This document shows positions 44,310 to 64,000 of a DNA stretch of 64,000 bases, piece by piece (position 1 is the first letter of the stretch; each line of letters begins with the position of its first letter). Below the pieces are notes generated by a model that was given only the letters and a program-made list of their open reading frames with translations, was not told the origin of the DNA and made no database searches. Source of the DNA: the human T2T-CHM13v2.0 reference genome, Homo sapiens; the NCBI RefSeq assembly GCF_009914755.1, contig NC_060934.1; one strand, given 5' to 3'. The position numbers were made by a program, and so were the translations under genes.

Positions 44310-44711
44310 TGTTCTAGTCCATTTTCTGCTGCTTATAACAGAATATCTGAAACTGCTAATTTATAAAGAAAAGGAATTTATTTCTTACAGTTATGGAGGC
44401 TGAGAAGTCCAAGGTTAAAGGGCCCCATCTGATGAAGGCCTTCTTGCTGGTGAGGAGTCCCTGCAGAGTCCCAGGGACATCACATGGCAAGGAGGCTGAA
44501 CTTGCTAGCTCAGGTCTCTATTCTGATAAACCCACCAGTTTCTACCCCCATTGTCCACCTCTGTGATAATCCATTAACTTATTAATCTATATATGAGGGC
44601 AGGGCCCACATGACCCAATCACCTCTTAAAGGCCCCACCTCTCAATACTGCTAGATTGGAGACTGAGTTTCAACATACCTTTTGAAGGAGGCAGACATTC
44701 AAATCATACCA
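44310..44711 (-). mobile_element. MST-family (ERVL-MaLR) solo LTR
   Basis: TG...CA ends, ggaggctgagaagtccaagg and tgacccaatcacctcttaaaggccccacctctcaatac, with 5-bp TSD cctaa / cctag. Confidence 0.82.
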
Positions 44712-44860
44712 CCTAGCTTCCTGGCATGTCCAGATTAGTGCCACTGCATTTGGAGTGATGCCACAGTAGCCAGTGTGATGGCTGCTGGTGCCACATAGCA
44801 GAGGGGTCAAGGAGGAGGATCATCTTTCCAACATTAAGTATATAGATAATACATAAATAA

Positions 44861-45019
<159 letters not shown>

Positions 45020-46093
45020 TAATTTTTCTGTGTTTTTTTTTTTTTGTAGAGATGGGGTCTTGGTATGTTGTCCAGGCTGGTCTTGAACTTCTGGACTGAA
45101 GTGATCCACCCACCTCAGCCTCCCAAAGTGCTGGGATTACAGGCATGAGGTACTGCAACTGACCTCAGATGTTAAAAACTTAGACTATACAGATAAAGTC
45201 AAAGTTCTCTGTGACCACCCCACCCAATCTCAGGGCCCTCGCTAAAGAAACCCTCTTTATCCATTTGGTGTGCGTCCTTGCAGCTTGCCAGATTTTTTTC
45301 TATGTATTCACCTTCTTCTGGGTACCTATGAAATGGTTTGGGTTTCTATGTTTTTTTTTCTTTCTTTAATGTAAATGAAACTGTACTGCCCTTCACAATT
45401 GGATTTTTCAGTTGACGGTATGTCTTGAAGATCTTTATTTAATTTTTTTTACTGTTGTCTGTGATTTTATTGTATGAATAAACCATAATTTAACTATTCC
45501 CCTGGTGATGCACCTTTAGGTTGTTGCCATTTTTGCAGTATTACAAACAGTACAAAGATGCAGTGACCATCCTTATTCATTCCTCCTTGTGACATGTTTT
45601 GCTCTAGGGTAGATATTTATAAGTAGAATGATTGGGTCAAAGGGAAGTTACCTTTTATATTAATAGATTCTGCCATTTGGTCCTCCAAAGTGACCATACT
45701 AGTTTATAGGTCCATGGCAACTAAATGTTTTGTTTTGTTTTGCAGTGACAGGGTCTTTCTCTGTTGCCCAGGTTGGAGTGCAATGGTACAATTATAGCTC
45801 ACTGTAACCTGGAATGCTTTGGCTCAAATGATCCTCAAGCCTCAGCCTCCCAAGTAGCTGTGGAACTACAAGTGTGCACCACCATGCCTGACTAATTTTT
45901 AAATTTTTTTGTAGAGACAGGGTCTCACTGTGTTGCCCAGGCTGGTCTTGAACTCCTGGTCTGAAGCGACCTTCCTGCCTCAGCTGTGGGATTGCAGGTG
46001 TGAATCACTGTACCCAGTCTAAATGGGTTTTCATTCCTGATTTAACTGGTCTCTTCAGGAAGAAGATGGGAGGAGTAGAAGCATGTCCTGGAT

Positions 46094-48090
<1,997 letters not shown>

Positions 48091-49041
48091 CTAGATTAGG
48101 ACTTCAGGCTCTCTCTAAGGGGTAAGCAAGGACCTGTGTACTTTACAGGTGGGCATAGCATATATGGGTGAGTAAATGAGGTTTGACTAGTGACAGCTAC
48201 AAGCTGTGGCCAGGTGAACCCTCCTGAGCTCTGTGGGCAGTCAGGGTCCTCACCCTCATTGGGGGGAGAATGAGGCTGTCTGCTGTGTGCCCTGCCCATG
48301 TGGGCACAGGGTGAGTGTCAGGTCCACAGTCTATCTCTAGCTAGCGAAACTGCATCAGTCCAGTTCTGAAAGGTTTGCAGCCCCCTACACTCGCTTTGGG
48401 GTGAGAACCTGCAGGGTCTCTGGCAGCCCGCCAGCCTCCCACCTCCCCTGCTGTGACTTGTATTCCAGTTTACTGAGCATCTCTGCTTATAAAGGGATTT
48501 TCCTTACACTTCACTGTTTGCCTTTATGATTGCGGCTTTGAGGGACAGGAAGGAAGCTGAAGAGCGGGCGGTTCTGGAGAAAATGCATAGGGAAGCAGTT
48601 TTGAGTCTCCTTTGGCTAGCTGTGCGATTCCTTTGATTCCAGGCAAAACCTGGAAGGAATAGCCTTTACATTTCCTTTCAGTTTTGCAAGAGCAAATATG
48701 TCTTCTCTCAGTCTTCTTTAATCAAGTGGGACTGCGTATTCATTTCCCGTCTCCATGTCTTGCAACCACATTTAGCCAAATTAATATCAGACAGAGCTAG
48801 CTGAGGGAAGCTCTCAAACCAAACACTCAAATGAACTTTTCAAGTGATAAAACTGCATCCAGAACTTTGAAAAGGTAGGTGGGTGAGGGTAGGGGTTAAT
48901 TCTTGCTTCTACCACATGACCAAGTTGGGAAACTCTACAACTGGTCACCATCTGCGCCATTTGACCAGCTATGAAGAACTTTACCTTCTAGCCCCAAGAG
49001 CTCCTCAGCCACATGTACAGAGAATCTGTTTTGGGTCTCCT

Positions 49042-49074
49042 CCCCCGCACCCCCCCCCCCCCCCCCCCGCCCCC
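49042..49074. repeat. C-rich tract with a C19 homopolymer (G4/i-motif potential)
   Basis: cccccgca-C19(49050-49068)-g-ccccc. Confidence 0.9.
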
Positions 49075-49405
49075 AGTTTGTTTGCTTTGTTGTTTTTTCT
49101 TTCTTAAAGAGAGTTTCTGTCTCTCCCCTTCTTTGGAGTTTGATTGGAAGCCCTGCAGAGGGGCTGTTGAGCAGTCAGCCATGTTCCTGGGATTATCCTT
49201 CCTTTGGAGCATCTGTCTGCTGTGCACTGTGTTGGGAGAAAGGCAGGGGTGCGAAATTCTGTTGGTTTGTAACAAATTGTAGCTTCTGAGCTGGGGAGTA
49301 TCCCATCTTTTCCTCTCCTTGCAGGAGGTCCACTGTTAAAGGGGAATTACGCAGGATGTGTTTATTTTTTTTGCTCCTACGCTGTTTATACATCATTGTA
49401 TTCAA

Positions 49406-49507
49406 TTTCTGTCCCAGTTCCTAGTGTGGGCCTTGTCTCAAGACTCTGCTGCAAGGTTTCTGTCCTAGTTCTTAGTGTGGGTCTTGCGTCATTACTCTGC
49501 TGTAAGG
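49406..49507. repeat. 51-bp tandem duplication (2 copies, 43/51 identical)
   Basis: tttctgtcccagttcctagtgtgggccttgtctcaagactctgctgcaagg versus tttctgtcctagttcttagtgtgggtcttgcgtcattactctgctgtaagg. Confidence 0.88.
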
Positions 49508-49915
49508 TTCTTTGGCTTGGGGAGGGGGTATGGAGCCGGGTAGGCAGGGAAGTGGAGGGAGGTGCTCACTCTCAGCTTTATTTGGATTCCTGGAGGAAGG
49601 AGAGTTGCTGTTACCAGGAAAAGTCAGTGTTGATCAGACAAGAAGAGGATCTGCTGCCTTCCTTTGGTGGGTGGGTACTGTTAGGTTGAGGGAGAATTTG
49701 CCTGGAGGAGGCTCTGTGTCTTCCTGAGGGCAGTGCCCTCTGTACAGTGCCTGGGGTTACTCCTCCCTAAAATGAGGGTAGCATTGTGCGGGTGTGCTAA
49801 GGGCTCCAGAAATGTCATTTGTGGCTGTGCTACACCCTGTGGCCTAAAACTTTGTAGGCTTTTCATTTCTGGCAATAGACTAGGCACACACATCCCTATT
49901 CTCCTCTCTGGTCTA

Positions 49916-50252
<337 letters not shown>

Positions 50253-52724
50253 TTAGGCATGGGTTTTAGAAATTAGTATGGGCTTACAGAGAGATCCAGT
50301 GGGGGCAGTAGGCAGACTGAGTGGCCCCCATTAGGAGCATCTGGGCTGGGCAGAAGCCAACAGGACTAACTTTGAACTTTATTTCCTTCACTGCCTCAGC
50401 CAGAGATGTTTTGTTCAACAAAAACTCCAGATTTTCTCCTCCTCTCACTGGGGAGTCATGAAGCTCCCAGGCCTGTGTGGACCTGTAGTTCTGCCCCCGT
50501 AAATATATTTCTGCTCGTGGGCCTTCTGTTGACTTGAGAAGGAGCTGTCTTCCAATCTCAGAGGAAGCCTCCTCTGGGCCCAGCTCCGCTGCGCAGTCCA
50601 CCATGGCCGCAGCAGTAGCAGCTTGAGCCTTCTCAGGAAGGAGGGCGGGTTAGGCAGTTGCCAGTCTCCCCACAGGTGTCGGCTTCATCCTGGGACTTCC
50701 AGATATGGGGCATAGGCTAACTGAACCTTTCCTCCTCAGCAGTCTGTGTTACTGGGGACATGTCTGGCACATCTGACATTTTGGGAAAGAACTGCTAAGC
50801 CCCCCTAGGACCAGCTCCGGGTGTTCACAGAAGACACTTAAGCCCTGGTTATCAGAATGATTTGTGAACACCAGAAATGCAAGAGGAGTGGAGATTTTTT
50901 CTTGAGAGATTATGATGGCTGTGCCATTGTCAAATATTTGACCTCCAAGTTGACAGACCTGAGTCTCCCAGCCTGCTTTGGGTCACCTCCCATTTTCCTG
51001 CTCTCTCAAAAACACCTCTTGCAGACTAGCCACTCCTGTGACACCTGGCACAGTCCAGCTGCGTTTCCTGCCCTTGTTCTCTGTCCCTGGAAAGCACGGA
51101 ATAATCTCAGAGCACGCAGAAGAGCACCTGGAGAAAAGGGGCATTTGGCTTTCACAGCGCCAAGCTTCACGCTCCTGGGCTCCCAAAGGGAACATTAGTC
51201 CCCGCTCCACAGACCAAGCATGTTAATTCTGACCCTGGGTTGGGGTGTTAGTTTCCAGGCTATTATGTAGAACATCACGGGGCCTGTACTTTTGCACAGA
51301 AGGGAGGCAGGCTGGCACTGTCTAGAGTTAGGATGAATTAAGAACTCTTGAAGAATGTATTTGTAAGAACTCAAGGAATGTATTTGCTTCTATGTTTCAA
51401 AGGCAGCACTATTTTACAAACAATAGCTGTTTTCTTCTGCAACCCCTCTCCCTAGATTTTGCTAACTTATTATATCCGGGACAGTCCAACTTCAAACCAC
51501 CATAACTGAAGCTGGATGTCAGGGAGGTGGGGGTGGGGTGATGGCCAATTGGAGGAGCCAGTAGGATTCTGTGCGCCTGTTCAGCACCCCCCACGTTTTC
51601 AGAGTTCTTGCCCAGGAGTTGTTTGTTAATGGGGAATGAGACGTGGAGGAATGAAATCTTTCTCCCAAGTGAGCAAGGTGTAGAACTGTAACTAGCATTT
51701 TTGGCGGGGAGGGGAGAGACTCCTTTTGCTATCCTGGAGTGGTATTTCCCTTCCAGTGAATTTGCCAAACAACATAAAAGTCGGGTAGCTGAGGGAGGTT
51801 TCTCCTGGTACCTGGGGGCAAAGCTCCAAGGAGGGAAGGGAATAGAAAGTGTCTACCCAGCCCTTACCTGGAATGGCGACGTTCTTTCAGACACTGGGTG
51901 CGGGGGAGCCTCTGCTGTGTGGTTTAAGTGGAGGTCTCTGGGATTTTCACCCTGACTTTTCAATGAGGATACCTTGGGGAGCAAGAGAGAGGAAGCCAGC
52001 TCCTGTAACCGCTGGACTGAACAGCTGGGCCTCTAACTGAGACATTATTAGCATTTGAAAGCCCCTCTGAAGGGGCCAAGAGCTTCCCAGGGTGGGCGCA
52101 GGGGCCTGAGTGCTGAGACCCCACAGTGGCTCCAACAGAATGGGTCTGAGCATCCAGGGCATAAAGACCAGACCGGACTCAAGAATGAACTCATTGTGGC
52201 TTTGTCCCATGCTTGAAAACTGTGACCAGGGCTCTTTCATTGTTAAGAAAGACCATTTCTTGTCCACAGAAGAGCTCATAAGTCTAGTTCCTTCATCAGG
52301 CAGAGCTGCGGAAGACCCTGCCCCTCACTAGAAGTTTCTGTTAGTGTCCTGCTCTCCAAGCATTTCTGATGGAAGTTGCACTTTCTGCTCCCCACTTTAA
52401 CTCAGGAGTACCTTTGGCCAAAGCCTGATCACACATGCTCAGGGTGGAACGTGTTGATCCTAGAGCAACACCTGGGCCCGACTCCCTTTTCTTGCCTTAG
52501 AGTCTCCCTTTCCCAGCTGCCTAAATTAAGCCTCTTCCCAAGTTATTAAGCCTGCACAAAGTGCTTTTTGGTCATTCTGGTTCAAACAGTTTGGGTTTGC
52601 ACAGTATTTTAAAATCATGTTAATTCTGGTTAATAAAAGGTCAAAGGTCATGGCTCCAAATCTTTCCAGCCTTTTCCCTGTTTCCAGCCTAAATAAATCC
52701 CCACCCGGTTTGGGGTATGTTTCT

Positions 52725-52921
52725 TTTTCTTTTTTCTTTTTTTTTAATTGTACTTTAAGTTTTAGGGTACATGTGCACAACGTGCAGGTTTGTTGCATAT
52801 GTATACATGTGCCATGTTGGTGTGCTGCACCGATTAACTCGTCATTTAACATTAGGTATATCTCCTAATGCTATCCCTCCCCCCTCTCCCCACCCCACAA
52901 CAGGCCCTGGTGTGTGATGTT
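52725..52921 (-). mobile_element. Short 5'-truncated L1PA (about L1PA3-5) insertion with a perfect 19-bp TSD
   Basis: Antisense L1PA 3'UTR (tactttaagttttagggtacatgtgcacaacgtgcagg...ctatccctccccc). TSD CGGTTTGGGGTATGTTTCT at 52706-24 and 52922-40. Confidence 0.93.
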
Positions 52922-53013
52922 CGGTTTGGGGTATGTTTCTACAGACTAGACATCAGATAGGGATGCAGAGCTCCAGGGAACTGGCCCATCTGTTTCTTAA
53001 ACCAGGAGCAATG

Positions 53014-53027
53014 GTGCCACCTACTGG
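53014..53027 (-). promoter_or_regulatory. Candidate CTCF site
   Basis: The minus strand CCAGTAGGTGGCAC fits the CTCF core CCASYAGRKGGCRS at every position and lies in non-repeat DNA. Occupancy cannot be shown from sequence. Confidence 0.5.
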
Positions 53028-54149
53028 GCACTTGCTGGTAGCGACAAGCTCTGTGGCCAGTCCTGTTTTCTGGTGACTTGGGTGAGAGTATCTGTACTGT
53101 ATTCCAGTACACGAGTAATAACATACTGCAGTAGAAAGCATATTGAGTAGGCACGCTATTTCCTGTTAACAGGCTTAGATACTGTGTTTGGGCAAGTTGC
53201 CCAGGGTCACATCCAGTTAGGGATGGAGGCAAATAGAAACAGGGCCTTCCCAACTCCGAAGTTCACCACTAAGCCAGGGTTTGCCAAAACCAGCAGGCGA
53301 TTTCAGCTGGTAACTGCACAAGAGTGGTAACTGGTAGCATGAATAGTGAAGCCACTTTTCTCTCTTTGGTTCTCTTTGTCTTTTTTTTAATTTAAGATGG
53401 GGTCTTACTATGTTGCCCAGGCTGGTTTTGAACTCCTGGGCTCAAGAGATCCTCTCACTGGGCCTCCCAAAATGCTAGGATTACAGGCATGAGCCACCAT
53501 GCCCGGCCCAGTTTGTTCTCTCTCAGTCTTGGTGATTTTGTCTCAGCTCTATATGACTCTTTAAACCTTGAACAGCTCTTTGACCCTTGTTTATTTCATT
53601 TTTTAAACAATTTTAGGTAGGCAACAATATCAGTTAGAAATTAATAACATTTTGTTATATTATCCTGAAGTTACCACTTGAGGTAAGCAACGCTAATTTG
53701 CCATTAATTTTCCTTATTTAGTATAGTGATATGAAGTTGCCTTTTCAGAGTAAGTTTGTTTAGGTTAAAAAAAAAAGGCAAGTCAATTTTAGGGGGAAAA
53801 ATACAGGTAAGTAATGGTACAGATGGTGCACAGATATGGCAAACATGCTGATGGGTGTTGTGGATGAGCCCAAAGTTTGGAAAGTGTTGGGCCATGCCCA
53901 TCATCACTGACGTACTGTGAGACTGTGGGCAATCTCAAGCATCCTTTTCTCATTTGTAGAAAAGAACATGTTAGTAGGTGATTGTTCAGGTCATGTAGAC
54001 ATACACAGTGCTGTGATGTCTCAGCATTATGGGTCAGGTTTCTCCCAGGCCAGGCTGCTGTGCCTGGGGTGGTGGGAACAAGGAATTTAAAGGCTTGGCC
54101 TTGCTTCCCCTACTTTGCCTGTGCCTCAAGATTCCTTCCTTTTGCCTGC

Positions 54150-59765
<5,616 letters not shown>

Positions 59766-60251
59766 TTTGTATTGTGTATGTTGTTGGTGGGGGTTAATTA
59801 CTTATTCATTCCTTTTACCTGTTGCATTGTTTCTTGCTTGCAGAACATGCAGGTTGCTTGTAGAAACACACTTACGTAAAAGGAGAGAGATTCTGGGAAG
59901 AGTGGGCCTAGCAGGAATTTGGAAATTTAGGGGTTTCTAGTTGGCTCTACCTGAAGCTGTGCCTTCTCCTCTCCCCTGTATTATCACATCTCAGATGAAG
60001 CAGTCTTCCTTCTCCTGCCTGAATGAACACTATTGAGGTTAGGACCAATAACTGAAGCCGTATCTTGGATGGAAAAGGTGTGTCTGTGTGTGTATGTGTG
60101 TGTTCTGCCTTACCTTAAATATTGATAAAAAGTGAAGAAAGATACCTCAACTGTTGAGATTCCGAGATCGTGAATGACAGACCATAGTGAACTCTGGAAC
60201 AGCCATTTAAAGAATGAGATAGCTCTCCATATGCTGAGAAGCAGTGATCTC

Positions 60252-60671
<420 letters not shown>

Positions 60672-61614
60672 GGTGCTGTCTAAGATATATAATTAAGTGA
60701 AATCTGCAGAATAGTGTGCTTCCATTTGTGTAAGGACAAAACATGGAAGGGAGCCTGTGGATGCATAGGCTGGACATATAGAGCACCTTGGCACCCACGA
60801 TGAGAGTCAGAGCTGGTGAGAGACTTAGTACCTTGTGGGGTTGTTTTCCCTTGTGGTTATGTGGCCTTAAACAAAACTCTCTCTAAAGTAACGTACCTGC
60901 TTGAAGTGCAGTGGTGAGCCTGTGTGTGAGGAGGCTATGCCCTCATGGCAACAGCTACCCTTGGCAGAATCTGAACATCTCAGAGACATGGCCTGAGGAT
61001 CCTCATGAGTTGTCTCTGCCACGGTGTGGGAGGCACTATTTAGACCTCCATTTACTTGAAGCCTAGTGTTCCTCAGGAATTCCTACATCTGCCTGTGGGA
61101 AAATGGTGATAGATTTCAAAGGCTCTCCAAGGTTCGATGTTTCCTTCTGAGTGCCATTTCAGCAACATAGGAATTTCGGTCTGTTTCTCCAAGGTGAAGG
61201 GCTTTCATTGCCCTGTTGCCTCTCTGTGGACTTCTGGCCAGGTGGCCCTACAGAAAAGCACCTTATTCTTTCTTGGCAGATCCAGTCATGGCTCCTGCCT
61301 CCCACCATGAGTCGGGATATTGGGGAAGCGAAGCAGATGCCAGAAGTCTTTCTGGTTTCCCAGGCCGAAGGAGCTTTCACACTAATAGCCTGTCCTTTTC
61401 AAGTCTGACAGAACTGGCAAGCAGGAACAATTTAGGTTTTTGGAAATATCCACAAACTCTTTGCTTCCATCCGGAGTGAATGCTTCTCTTCCTTCACAGG
61501 GGCTACCCTAAGAGGCTGGGAAGCCTCCCAGCCTGGGCTAGTGAGATCCCAGCCCAGATTCCAGGCCTGGATCTGGGGCCTTGAACAATGAGGATCCTTG
61601 TATCTCTCCCACAG

Positions 61615-61757
61615 AGAACACCTTCTGCAGTGGGGACCATGTGTCCTGGCACAGCCCTTTGGATAACAGTGAGTCAAGAATTCAGCACATGCTGCTGACA
61701 GAGGACCCACAGATGCAGCCCGTGCAGACACCCTTTGGGGTAGTTACCTTCCTCCAG
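61615..61757 (+). CDS. SUFU: SUFU coding exon 4 (143 nt)
   Basis: Translates (E)NTFCSGDHVSWHSPLDNSESRIQHMLLTEDPQMQPVQTPFGVVTFLQ. Acceptor tctctcccacAG (61613-14), donor CAG|GTGAGG. The last G of exon 3 plus AG forms GAG (Glu). Confidence 0.97.
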
Positions 61758-62668
61758 GTGAGGCACAGGTTGGACGCTGGCTCAAGCCTTCCTGTGGGAA
61801 GGGTCCTGGGAGGACAAGGAGGCTTGAGGAGGGGGAGTGAAGGGAGTGGGAGGTTTCCTTTGGCCTCGTCCTGATTTCTGTTTCCTCTGATGGTTTGTCA
61901 GGTAGATTCAGATGGTCTGATTTAACCTGCTGAGATGGGAGAGGGGAGAAAGGGAAGGGGGCATTTGGTTGGGAGAGAATGGCTGTAGCTGAGAGGGAGT
62001 AATGGGGTGGCGGGTATTCTTTGAACAGTGAAGACCCAGTCTCAGGAACAGGACTTTCCAGCGGGAAGCCAGCTCTGGGTCGTCCTTGCTCTTTGCCAGA
62101 AGCTGTGGGAACCTGCCCAGCTTTGACCAGTGCTTGTTTTTGGTCACGAAGTCTATGTGAAGGTTCCACTGATTCCCTTGATATTTACACAAAGGCCTAT
62201 CCCCTAATAAGGAAGGGAGGAGTTTCTCTGCAGGCTGCTATGACCTATTGGTGGTGGTTCCAAGCCTGATAGGTCTCAAAGTCTCTTGTTTACATTCCCC
62301 ATGATACCAGACTGGGTAGGAATGGCTCCCTGAACCTCCCCTACTTCCAGAGACATGGCCTGAGGACACATCTTGAGTTGCTCAGGCCTTGGTTTTCTCC
62401 TTTGTAGCTAAGAGCTAGACTTGGTGTCATCCAGACACAGCAAGGGCAAGGGTCAGGCCTCAGGGCCCACATGTGGACCCAGCCATTTCCCAGCCAGGCA
62501 GCCACTCCCTCCTAAGGGAATCATCCAATCTTGGCTGCACCAGCTCCTGAGCACAGATCCTGCCTGTGGTCTCCCAACTGGAGGTGACTCAGAGAGCCTG
62601 GGTAGCTGACCTTCTTGGGGTGGGGGGTGGCCATTAACACACAATGGGCTTTCTATCCTGGGCCTCAG

Positions 62669-62754
62669 ATCGTTGGTGTCTGCACTGAAGAGCTACACTC
62701 AGCCCAGCAGTGGAACGGGCAGGGCATCCTGGAGCTGCTGCGGACAGTGCCTAT
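62669..62754 (+). CDS. SUFU: SUFU coding exon 5 (86 nt)
   Basis: Translates IVGVCTEELHSAQQWNGQGILELLRTVP(I). Acceptor ggcctcAG (62667-68), donor TAT|GTGAGT. Starts in phase 0 and ends in phase 2. Confidence 0.96.
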
Positions 62755-63025
62755 GTGAGTACCCATGCAAGGTGGGAGCGCGGCTCCCTGGGCCTGGGGG
62801 TGGGAGTCCCTCCACTACCCTCCATGTGGGGCTCCCTCTTGCGTTGTTATTTCAGACCCTGGTTTTTCACATCAGGGCTTCCTGACGACTCACTCCCTGA
62901 CAGTCCCTGACCACGAACTATTCCCCTGTGTCCTAGGCCTGGGGCAGCAAACAGGGCAGGCTGTAGGCCCAGCCCATCAGCCCCAGACCCTCAGTTACCA
63001 TTGTATCCCCTTTCCTTGTCCACAG

Positions 63026-63098
63026 TGCTGGCGGCCCCTGGCTGATAACTGACATGCGGAGGGGAGAGACCATATTTGAGATCGATCCACACCTGCAA
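63026..63098 (+). CDS. SUFU: SUFU coding exon 6 (73 nt)
   Basis: Translates (I)AGGPWLITDMRRGETIFEIDPHLQ. Acceptor tttccttgtccacAG (63024-25), donor CAA|GTATGT. Confidence 0.96.
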
Positions 63099-63756
63099 GT
63101 ATGTCTTGAGTGAGGAAAACCTTTCTAGCACCCTGTGCCTAGGCCTCTTCCAAATAACACTGGCTTTCATCCTGGGAAAACAGAGGACCTTTATGTGTGA
63201 GTGAGTAGAAATATGGCATCACTTGGAACTTGTCCCCTGAATTCTGCAGAGCACGTAGGGAGCAGAGGTTTCAGCCCAGGAAAGCTAGTCCTCAGACATA
63301 TGTATTTTGGCATTTTAAAAGGATATTTTTATTGTATGTAAATTATATATTGGCTTAAAAAATTAGATTGCCAGCAATAAAAGATAAGTGTAGTGGATAT
63401 TGCTTGCTTGCCCAGTATTCATTCTCCTGCCTCCCAGACTTTCTTTTAGGGAGCCACCACGGCCACCACCGCCCTGTACCAGACAGTAGTGTAGGTGATA
63501 CTGACTCCATGGCTCAGCTGCAGGAGTGAGGGCTGATTGGTCTAATGGTCCTATCCCCATTTTCGCCACATTTTCTATCTTGGACAGTCAGATGCAGAGC
63601 TCCTAGCCTGGAAAGATTGGCACCTTAGACACACAGGCTGGCAGCTGCCCACTCCCTGTGGCCCACCTGGACATTGTTTCAGTGTCATCTTTGCTGTTTT
63701 AGAAGCATTCCTTTGTCATGCAGGTAAAGTTTGAAAGCCACAAGAACGTAACTGCC

Positions 63757-64000
<244 letters not shown>

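Noticed and set aside
45213-45221. GLI-like site GACCACCCC suggesting Hedgehog feedback
   Set aside because: One mismatch from GACCACCCA, isolated, in repeat-like context, and expected by chance in 64 kb.
49300-49330. Strong-looking acceptor tcttttcctctccttgcAG
   Set aside because: I found no convincing donor within normal exon distance, and orphan acceptors are common in long introns.

Overview
Human (primate) genomic DNA from the middle of SUFU (Suppressor of Fused, Hedgehog/GLI regulator) on the + strand. The window holds the 3' part of intron 2, coding exon 3 (18980-19116), a 42.5-kb intron 3, and exons 4, 5 and 6 (61615-61757, 62669-62754, 63026-63098). All junctions are GT-AG and their phases splice into one continuous SUFU frame. 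About a third of the window is Alu (roughly 70 copies counted by eye, many nested), along with L1, MIR, MaLR LTRs and hAT MITEs. It also carries an antisense RPL23A processed pseudogene and a sense U6 snRNA retrocopy. Nearly all ORFs in the supplied track are repeat-derived noise. I see no new protein-coding system. The best new lead is a candidate recursive-splice site with a poison exon in intron 3 (33112-33298). Other leads are further cryptic splice sites, a pair of hairpin-forming direct repeats flanking exon 4, a perfect 18-bp fold-back at an L1/MIR junction, and two retrotransposon target sites that were each hit twice. Repeat subfamily names are by-eye calls and need RepeatMasker confirmation.
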